Positions 20,401 to 27,262 of a stretch of DNA of 64,000 bases are shown piece after piece; the first letter of the stretch is position 1; every line of letters starts with the position of its first letter. Origin of the DNA: an uncultured archaeon (GTDB lineage Archaea > Thermoplasmatota > Penumbrarchaeia > JASLWR01). The position numbers and the translations under genes were made by a program. The notes beneath the pieces are model-generated. The model saw nothing but the letters and a program-made list of their open reading frames with translations. It searched no databases and was not told where the DNA came from. The stretch is taken from the NCBI GenBank assembly GCA_964342815.1, contig CAYFHS010000009.1, positions 32,001-96,000 on the forward strand. Reading direction: 5' to 3'.

Positions 20401-22257
20401 GAATTCCTCCCTGAGAATGCACTTTGGGACCAGCTATCACAAGAGAACGGATGGCTGGCGCAGATCATCAAAACGGAAACCTTTGATCGTCTCCAAGACA
20501 ATCTCGACGTTTTCAATATTCCATTTACAAGTGCATCACGACTAAACGTCCCATGGGAGTTCTGGCACGGCGACCGCAATACCGCCATTCGGAACGGTTC
20601 GCTGTTTTCTGAAGAACTCGTAGTGGATCAAATCCCAGACAAACTAGCGGTGGATAGCGATCACCTGGATATTGAGATTAAAGTTCCCATTAACGGCACC
20701 CATTTCGTGGACGTTCAGGATCTTGAATTTCCAATGTCGAAGGACTGTTTTACGTCGGTATGGTTGGTCAATATTTCTGCTGACGTGAAATATAAAATTA
20801 GAAATTCCAGGTTATCCTCCATAGGTTTAAGTGACCACGATTATTTCTGGTACAACCATTCTGTGCAGCTTGACATCGATTTCCCGGTCCCCATCTATTC
20901 GGGATGGGACCTGGAATCGGGCTGGCAGACCGAGGATATCGATTACCGGATGACCAGGCGCTATTTCCAGAAAAGCAAAGAAGACACGCCAACCGATCCA
21001 TTCTTCGCTTCTAAGGCCCTCGTTGAAACCGTCGATGCATCCAGGGATGCTGCAGATTGGATGATGGATACGAAAACCGCTGCACAACATTTCATTGTGC
21101 ATTCACCAATGATGGGAACCAAAGAAAAAAGCAGTTTTTTGTCGTATATGACTAGGGCGATGACCAGGGCTGCGGACCCTCGAAGCGATGAAGAGGGATT
21201 GCTGGAAGCAGCAGCAGCCAACAATGATTATATCACTAATATATCCCAGAGCGCCACAAAACTCAATGATCTTGGACTCTCGGAAATGAAGATTAATTAT
21301 TTTGGTTACGACGCGGTGTATTATACTGCCACGAATACACTTGAGATCACCAGGGGGGTTGTGGATAGCGAAACGAATGATACGGGGTTAAAGTACTTAT
21401 TCAGATTCGACGGTGATATGACTTTTACAGGTAAATATAGGATAAGGAATCAGGCATTCTTTGATTACAGAATGGCAGGTTCACCGGCGGATTTTTCCAT
21501 TACAGGACAACTCTCACCTTACAACATGAGGGAAAATGGATTGGTCCATAATTTCAGCGTGGGCACTGGTGCTGATTTTCCGCTTAGATACAGTGCCGCA
21601 GCGCCTGTGGAAAATCTATTTTTACCCCTGCTTGGGACAAATGCTACAGTCCGGATCGGAATTATTTCGTCAATTCCCATACCTGAGGAACTTAAAAGTT
21701 CCATTGAGAACATAAAAAGATTCGAGCTGGAAGAACACAGGGGAGCAGCATTGATGGGGCAGTGTGAAAATTACATAAAATATTTTCTCGGAGTCCTGTA
21801 TAATAAACAAATCGACACTCTGAAAACAGGAAACCTATTTGGGATCACTTTCAATGTTACCCCAACAGCAGGCATCCAGGCCGGATATATAAATAAAACA
21901 TATGGTATCGATCTTACCGGTTTATCTACCAGTGAAAGCGAAAAGGTACTTCGGCTCTTCGTGAAACACCTGATTAATAACACTTTCTACTGCTTGAATT
22001 CGCTCATGGAGCCGGCCGTTTCACCCTCATTCTTCCTCAAGATGCCCTCAGAGGTAATGCCATACCTCGTTCATGAAATATATCATTGGGAAGACGGAGG
22101 AGATATCTGCTGGCAGGGCACCATAGCGCATACCATGACCACTACACCTTACGTTGGTTCGCCCGGGGATGCCGGGGATAGAACGTTTAGCGGTGGAAAA
22201 TTATACCCGAGCGGAGCGAGATATCTATTGAGGTATGAAATAAATGCTGGGAAATGA
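17428..22257 (+). CDS. Giant (1609 aa) protein with a pilin-like/class III-type N-terminus
   Basis: GTG start with GGAGGT RBS. N-terminus MRREFSRDRNG-RIPFAYVAIVIMLLSVGV is charged residues, Gly, then one hydrophobic helix, recalling the archaeal RGRVPFA-type proteins. No further TM segment and no recognised catalytic motif. Confidence 0.75.
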   Translation: MRREFSRDRNGRIPFAYVAIVIMLLSVGVSSFMLGQDEEYSKEKTKESSKVTFGYQDLSSLDLETKVYYIMHEVLGERMTVPLDNDTKELDLIDEMVRDRLSDLISEEYPRTEGIFNIHILEWDINVLLDEMNTSALLKETKSIKCGRTYVMDNSTISELETAAPPFVQATSKAVYFRLVGHAKYRIHNMDEDITIEKYSTFNKNVYSPLPLMKNLALRFQSDSSGEFSSVGRMIRYMITTLAQYRVLCGYAGGGYGGPNNGKEITDVITKKDVEIAVNLALLLTQARYYRDFDRETARGQTASNDPGRDIEKLMDNYVNNGSVDPADLIALYTDLENLTLDPGRIFAQSIFSFADRFVWELLELFWGEEWDPEGDENWDNEKYFDPTLDEPIVDWEEIEGKSDTENWCKDRLMKWLEVFGKWLGITETGDENGEIVKIETQQEESVVIKDIYARYRHPPNAGDVAGTPSGADLCNVAIPPPGYGVPDYYVMGTDAYHVDGRYYLFGDATDSTSSNKRWYVRSYVRPEESSPGDTTDARHLILGESPGVGGDEGRPYTYKMICRDDWGSGVPEKTYEYYLVKESLLEKHKDYTEAGLSYYNTLRFIVDALTRSMKQQPSNINNFNSKGMTDYAAYVTEVHFEERETDLSIDPKDRRSILSDDLTDIVRKDGGAISDALVDFEDFASQEKENWFRQGAYLNDSENPDDSGEYFLYELISETVDLWYEMLVNLYDGGYREFDENGDSSYGPQDGPNHWNNYEQNPNSQLPEERFQTSSHETESGSDKPAGSFKFRNDALRDCYYRVMEIVRTRDDAVEFSFSNWEDLGSSHWIWTVKGSCGQAGILYGWMPSGTGIVAVPIQDQQMIPRESYDGSGSVEDLTPSDEPWKNSLQTYAEPIWDILKNGNSGQTNLANNDFGEGIAVAVGNIVGWSSWPETTNEGLLDDVKAELIEGSGGQGGLDQLTDEGTYGSSGNSYDFNSDFYDFVKRNVGREFLPENALWDQLSQENGWLAQIIKTETFDRLQDNLDVFNIPFTSASRLNVPWEFWHGDRNTAIRNGSLFSEELVVDQIPDKLAVDSDHLDIEIKVPINGTHFVDVQDLEFPMSKDCFTSVWLVNISADVKYKIRNSRLSSIGLSDHDYFWYNHSVQLDIDFPVPIYSGWDLESGWQTEDIDYRMTRRYFQKSKEDTPTDPFFASKALVETVDASRDAADWMMDTKTAAQHFIVHSPMMGTKEKSSFLSYMTRAMTRAADPRSDEEGLLEAAAANNDYITNISQSATKLNDLGLSEMKINYFGYDAVYYTATNTLEITRGVVDSETNDTGLKYLFRFDGDMTFTGKYRIRNQAFFDYRMAGSPADFSITGQLSPYNMRENGLVHNFSVGTGADFPLRYSAAAPVENLFLPLLGTNATVRIGIISSIPIPEELKSSIENIKRFELEEHRGAALMGQCENYIKYFLGVLYNKQIDTLKTGNLFGITFNVTPTAGIQAGYINKTYGIDLTGLSTSESEKVLRLFVKHLINNTFYCLNSLMEPAVSPSFFLKMPSEVMPYLVHEIYHWEDGGDICWQGTIAHTMTTTPYVGSPGDAGDRTFSGGKLYPSGARYLLRYEINAGK

Positions 22258-22482
22258 ATTGATTTCTGTAATTCCATTATCGTGGAATAGACCTCATCCT
22301 TTGGTATTATCCATAATAATTTGGGTGTTTGTAAAATACGCGAAATAAAATTGAATTATTCGTTCCCTGATGGCCATTTTCGAGCGTATTATTCTCTCTT
22401 TGCACTCATTATAAAATCCTTTAACAAGAGAAAATAATGTCCATTTGTCTTCATTTGCACGCCAGTATTTTATAACTCCAAT

Positions 22483-22661
22483 TGCTGCTAAAGATTTCAG
22501 CACCCTTGCAGTGCGCCGATTGCCTCAATGGAAACTTGAGGACATATTGTCAATGGTACGAAACTTGATTTAATCGAGTTTCGTAGCTTGACAATGTTTG
22601 CGGTATCGCCCGAAGGTGCTGATACCGCTGAATATGTTCTATAACAAGTTGCTGCTTGTTA
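22483..22661 (+). ncRNA. Candidate structured RNA or mobile-element remnant (cluster of 5 hairpins)
   Basis: Stems CCTCAA/TTGAGG enclosing a GAAA-type loop, GTCAA..TACGAAACT/AGTTTCGTA..TTGAC, GCGGTATC/GATACCGC, AACAAG/CTTGTT and TGCTG/CAGCA; closing stem ACATATT/AATATGT. G-U pairs favour the + strand. Confidence 0.4.
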
Positions 22662-22986
22662 GCAAAACCGTCGAAATGAAAAACCAATCTATGAAGCAAT
22701 AATTTTGATTCGTCCTTTCGTATTTTTTCCGGATATTTTCTTTCGATGACTCGATATAGTTTTCGATACTCTTATCTTTTCTGTATAACCTTTCGTTTTT
22801 TCATTAGATCAATCCCGTTTTTTGTTTCAGGTCAAGGGTAATGGAAATCCCTCAACAAATGGACAAATGTTCACAGAGTATATAATGGTAAACAGGGGGG
22901 AGGGGGGTGAGTGAAAGTAAAATTATTTCGGTACTGGCCATGAAAAAAATTAGTGAAAGTAAAATAGAATTTGGAGAAATCTGGTA

Positions 22987-23123
22987 CTAGAAATTTGGAT
23001 AATTTGTTAATTTGTCCCTATAACATATAACAGATCGAATAGAGGACATTTGTTCATACCAATAATCAACATTTGTTGGTAAAAATAGTTAACATACATC
23101 GGCAAAAGAAATAACATTTGTCG
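22987..23123 (+). repeat. Degenerate 23-bp-period array of the same family as 41611-42070
   Basis: ACATTTGT-like cores at 23000, 23023, 23046, 23069, 23092 and 23114. Units gatcGAATAGaGGACaTTTgttc and ataccaATAATcAACATTTGTTg match the unit types of the 41.6-kb array. Inverted core GGACAAATGTTCAC at 22861. Confidence 0.65.
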
Positions 23124-23205
23124 TTAGAAATCGATACCCTTTTTGCGAAATAGGCAGGTTGATGAAGAAATATCCCTAATAAGCACACAAAAAAACAAAA
23201 AAAAA

Positions 23206-24030
23206 TTATCCAAGTTCAAGAATTAGTTCAATTTCGCTATCGAGCGAGATATTAAGTTTTTTTGCGGCGTTTCCGTTCCTTACGGCGATCTCCACCTCAC
23301 CCGAAGATGAATCCGTTATCAATAAATCACCATCTGCTACCTCGAAATATGCTTCCTTCCTGGATATCTGGACATTGCACCCGAAAGTATGAAGGGATAA
23401 GTTATTTGGGTGGTTTTTGTCTATGATCTCATGGAGAATTTCGCATTTCAATGAACTTATTATATTACCGAACCTGTCAATATGAAGCGGCTTGAATTTT
23501 AATCGGACAAGTCGCTCATCGGTTGTAATATCAACACCATACAGCTCCAGTTTCTCGATTCCATCCAATACCGGACCAATCTCGGCTATTGGTAAACCGT
23601 TCAATATCATTGCTGCGGCCCTTGCGAAAACATCCCTACCGTGAAATACTTTCGAAATTCCTTCATGGATTACGGATTCGTGAGCTATCTCGTATATAAC
23701 GTCAATGCCCGACATTTCGGCTGCTGGATAGAGGACGCCGTTATCAGGCCCAATGAATATTCCGGCGTCAGTAAGGATGCAAAGCGGTTTCCTCGACGAT
23801 CCAACGGTTGGGTCAACAATGCATAAATGAACCGGTTTTTGTTTTGTCGGGAACCATTGAACACTAGATCTTAAAATATAAGCACCTTCGTAAATGTTCT
23901 GTGGAGATACATTATGAGAAATATCTATAAGCGTGAGGTCTGGGATCTCAGTTAGAAGTACTCCCTTCATTTGTGCTACGTAATGGCTTTCTCCAAAATC
24001 CGTTGTCAATGTCAAAATCTTTCCTGACAT
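23206..24030 (-). CDS. SAM hydroxide adenosyltransferase / chlorinase-fluorinase family (DUF62)
   Basis: LTLTTDFG, DISHNV, VDPTVGSSRK, FIGPDNGVL, FHGRDVFA, HIDRFGNII, IAVRNGNAA. Confidence 0.92.
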   Translation of the reverse strand: MSGKILTLTTDFGESHYVAQMKGVLLTEIPDLTLIDISHNVSPQNIYEGAYILRSSVQWFPTKQKPVHLCIVDPTVGSSRKPLCILTDAGIFIGPDNGVLYPAAEMSGIDVIYEIAHESVIHEGISKVFHGRDVFARAAAMILNGLPIAEIGPVLDGIEKLELYGVDITTDERLVRLKFKPLHIDRFGNIISSLKCEILHEIIDKNHPNNLSLHTFGCNVQISRKEAYFEVADGDLLITDSSSGEVEIAVRNGNAAKKLNISLDSEIELILELG

Positions 24031-24036
24031 GCAAAT

Positions 24037-24435
24037 TCACACATTTTCTCTAAAACATATTAAACCGTTGCTTTCCATGTTTGTAAGAAATGCAGCGATC
24101 CTAGGAATTAACTGATTGTGGGGTTTTTCGGATTCTTCTCTGATAATATCCCCTATGGTCCTGACATTCTTTTTCCCGTCAATAAGTCGAAAAATATTTG
24201 TCCCTTGTTGATCGAGATATATCCTGAAATAATTATCTTTTCCAAGCATACGCATGAAAAATTTCTGATATCGATTTGGATCCCCTGCGAACCTCTTCTT
24301 TCTTATGACACACCGTCCGGTGGATTTTGAAACGTACCATCGACAGGTCCTGAACGGTATCATATTCAATAAGTTATTGTCGAGCTGACTTTCGCAGGCG
24401 GTCATTATACCATTTCCGAGAAATAAAAAGATCAA
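24037..24435 (-). CDS. PqqD-family (RRE-like) small protein
   Basis: C-terminal LDQQGTNIFRLIDGKKNVRTI...FLTNMESNGLI is typical of PqqD-like winged domains. The start overlaps the OPT stop (alternative ATG at 24405). Confidence 0.7.
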   Translation of the reverse strand: MIFLFLGNGIMTACESQLDNNLLNMIPFRTCRWYVSKSTGRCVIRKKRFAGDPNRYQKFFMRMLGKDNYFRIYLDQQGTNIFRLIDGKKNVRTIGDIIREESEKPHNQLIPRIAAFLTNMESNGLICFRENV

Positions 24436-26438
24436 TCAGTCTCTTCCTTTGAGTATTCTACAATATCCTTCGATTGAAGAGGTTTTCTCACAACGAAATA
24501 CCATATTAGAAAACCCAAGTAGACGAAAACTAGAAATCCGGGCCACGATACGGGGTCCGAAAATATAGCGGGTTTGACATTCAATATATAAAGAAGCGCA
24601 ATAATGACACCAGCAATGGCCTCGCCTGCTATGAGACCCGAACTGACCAATATACCATGATTCTCGGTCTTTTCCAGAATCCTCTCGACAATACCTTTTT
24701 TCTTCTCATTGTCCAATCCTTGAACTCGTTCAACTCTTTTTGTAATGGTTATCCCCGTCAGATGTTTTATTATCCCTCCAAGCATTATGGGTAGTGTCAA
24801 TGTAAACGGTAGATAAATACCTATTGCAACCGCCATTACACTGAGATCTAGAGCGATAAGGATTATGGCGATGACAACACCAATAAAGAACATTAAATAG
24901 TTCAGATCCCACTGAAACACCCCTTTGGCTATGGTGGCCATAACAGTTGCCTGGGGCGCAAGAAGGTTTGCGCTCCCGATGCTGTAAACATCATCCAGCA
25001 TGAATACTACGAACGGTACAACAAAGGCTGCAACGGCAACACCCAGGAAACGTGCAATTTGAAGATTGTACGGAGTGGCTCCAAGCAGTTGACCGGTCTT
25101 CAATTCCTGCATGGAATCTCCAGCAATCGCAGCGCTGACACATACCACTGCACCCACAATTATTGTGGCTGTCATACCCACGTATTTATCGACCGGGAGT
25201 AACATAAGCACAATTGCCGTAAAGAGTAGCGTGGCAACTGTAACCCCCGAAATGGGATTATTTGAGGAACCCACCACTCCTGCCAAGTATCCGGCTATGG
25301 CAGTAAAAACAAAGGTGGCACCGAACATCATGATGGTTGCAACAACCGTTGCAAGTATATTTTCGGTTGCAATGAAATATACGATTCCAACGATTATCGA
25401 AATGACCCCAAAATACCATAGTTTCATCCTAAAATCCCTTTCCGTCCGAATAATATCCTCGTCCCCTCCCTTGGATGTGGTACTCCTTATGGCTTCCCCA
25501 ACACCTTTTGCTATAGCTTTCCGCATCTTGATCAGGGTCCAAATGCCTCCTGTTACTATTGCCCCGACACCCACGTACAGCGTGTTCTCGAACCACACCT
25601 GCCAGACCGATCCCAGTGATCCACCTCCGTTTAGCTCGTAATATAGCCCTTCCACGGGCCATCCTGAAACGGCTCCTACAAGTGGGAGCATTAATATCCA
25701 ACCGATAACACCGCCCAGGAAAACGAGGCTTGAAATCTTTAGACCCAGGATATATCCCACACCCAGCAGGGCCGGTGAAAGGTTCAAACCCCCATACATC
25801 CGCACCTTACCGCCGCCAAGTACACCTTCCATTTTCTCCTTCCAGAGACTGAAACCGAATGGCGAGCCAATATATTTGAAAAGGGCGCCCATTCCAAGAG
25901 CCCCAAATACTATCTTCATTCCTGATCCGCCCTTCTCACAGCTTTTCAGAACTTCGGCGGACGCCACTCCTTCAGGGAAGGGAAGGGCAAGATCCTTTAT
26001 TAAAACGTTTCTCAGAGGTATTGTGAACAGTACCCCGAGAAGTCCACCCATCAATGCAATTACTATTGTAAGAAGAATATAATAACCACCGCTCCCCCAC
26101 AGGTCAGCCCATCCAGCCAATCCACCAGTCATTCGGTGTAATACAACGAGACCGGGAATCGTGAATATCACACCTGCTGCGAGAGATTCACCGGCAACGG
26201 CCACGCATTTAGATAGATTAATTTCGAGTATATTTGCCTTCATGGGTTTGAGTACGGCCAATCCCATTACAACAGCTGGGATGGTGGCTGAAACTGTCAT
26301 TCCGGCGTAAAGACCCAGATAAGCATTTGCCGCAGCCATGAGTATGGTCAACAACACACCCACCAATAAAGCCCTGAATGTCAATTCAGGCAGCACCGTA
26401 TTGTGCTTGATATATGGAATAAAATCATCTTTTGACAT
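24432..26438 (-). CDS. OPT family oligopeptide transporter
   Basis: ELTFRALLVG...ANAYLGLYAGMTVSATIP, LPFPEGVASAEVL, SSNNPISG, GDSMQELKTG, LAPQATVMA; many TM helices. Confidence 0.95.
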   Translation of the reverse strand: MSKDDFIPYIKHNTVLPELTFRALLVGVLLTILMAAANAYLGLYAGMTVSATIPAVVMGLAVLKPMKANILEINLSKCVAVAGESLAAGVIFTIPGLVVLHRMTGGLAGWADLWGSGGYYILLTIVIALMGGLLGVLFTIPLRNVLIKDLALPFPEGVASAEVLKSCEKGGSGMKIVFGALGMGALFKYIGSPFGFSLWKEKMEGVLGGGKVRMYGGLNLSPALLGVGYILGLKISSLVFLGGVIGWILMLPLVGAVSGWPVEGLYYELNGGGSLGSVWQVWFENTLYVGVGAIVTGGIWTLIKMRKAIAKGVGEAIRSTTSKGGDEDIIRTERDFRMKLWYFGVISIIVGIVYFIATENILATVVATIMMFGATFVFTAIAGYLAGVVGSSNNPISGVTVATLLFTAIVLMLLPVDKYVGMTATIIVGAVVCVSAAIAGDSMQELKTGQLLGATPYNLQIARFLGVAVAAFVVPFVVFMLDDVYSIGSANLLAPQATVMATIAKGVFQWDLNYLMFFIGVVIAIILIALDLSVMAVAIGIYLPFTLTLPIMLGGIIKHLTGITITKRVERVQGLDNEKKKGIVERILEKTENHGILVSSGLIAGEAIAGVIIALLYILNVKPAIFSDPVSWPGFLVFVYLGFLIWYFVVRKPLQSKDIVEYSKEETD

Positions 26439-26450
26439 TCGTACCCCTTC

Positions 26451-27044
26451 TTAGGCCGTGTAATATTCATAGGATATCTCAAGAGTAAATTCATTCCCCG
26501 TGTCTTCGAAAGTACGAATCCCAAATAGGCTTGGTATTATAGGTTCATGATCTCCGGCGTCTACCGAAATAATGATATTCCATTCACCCGTACCGTTTAA
26601 AAATGGAAACTCCGTGGGAGGATTGGCCATATCGAAAAGAGTAATTAGACATTGGGCAATACCAACTCCTCCGTAAGCATTCTTCTCTTTTGATTCATCC
26701 GTATACGAACCATCCGGGCTCTCAACCATAATTGAGAAAGTATCAGGTTCATTGGTGTGCCTTATGTCCGCATCGGCTTCGTCCGACCATGTTAATATGA
26801 AAGAAATGGCCATAACATTCGCTTCGTCCACAATCGATTGATATGTGGATTCACGTCCTTCGTCCACCCGCTCATTAATCACCATGGGCTCACTTTCTCT
26901 TCGGTCCAAATTCGAAAAGTCAAAAGGTTGTTCCTCAAGTACCGAATAACGTTCAATGTTCTCCCCGAAAATAAGAGAGCCGACGATAGCAATCAGGAAA
27001 ATGATTATTCCAAGAAGGAGTACTTTTTTATCATCCGAAGCCAT
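26451..27044 (-). CDS. Single-pass membrane protein with an extracytoplasmic beta-rich domain
   Basis: N-terminal TM helix (VLLLGIIIFLIAIVGSLIF); stop is 12 nt upstream of the OPT start, so it is the first gene of that operon. Confidence 0.7.
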   Translation of the reverse strand: MASDDKKVLLLGIIIFLIAIVGSLIFGENIERYSVLEEQPFDFSNLDRRESEPMVINERVDEGRESTYQSIVDEANVMAISFILTWSDEADADIRHTNEPDTFSIMVESPDGSYTDESKEKNAYGGVGIAQCLITLFDMANPPTEFPFLNGTGEWNIIISVDAGDHEPIIPSLFGIRTFEDTGNEFTLEISYEYYTA

Positions 27045-27262
27045 GTGAGTAACCCTCGCCCAATAATATTTTTATTCTTTTATAATTTTTCCATCTCGTC
27101 TCTCTCGAAAAAAATTTTATATAATGTCTTTTAATTTCATCATTGTAACATTTGAGGGTATACTATTTAATAAATTATACCAGAGTCCCCGGATTTATTG
27201 GTATATTGCCCTACACAAGCTCGTTCCTTTAGCCTAGAATATCGAAAATATATGGTTTTTTC

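Noticed and set aside
22885-22907. Canonical ORB element (TGGTAAACAGGGGGG)
   Set aside because: The G-string is present, but the TCCA..TGGAAA dyad is missing and there is no orc1/cdc6 in the window; not called as an origin.
22511-23205. Group II intron starting at GTGCG
   Set aside because: No domain V (AGC/CGC triad hairpin), no domain VI and no reverse transcriptase ORF; kept only as an unexplained hairpin cluster.
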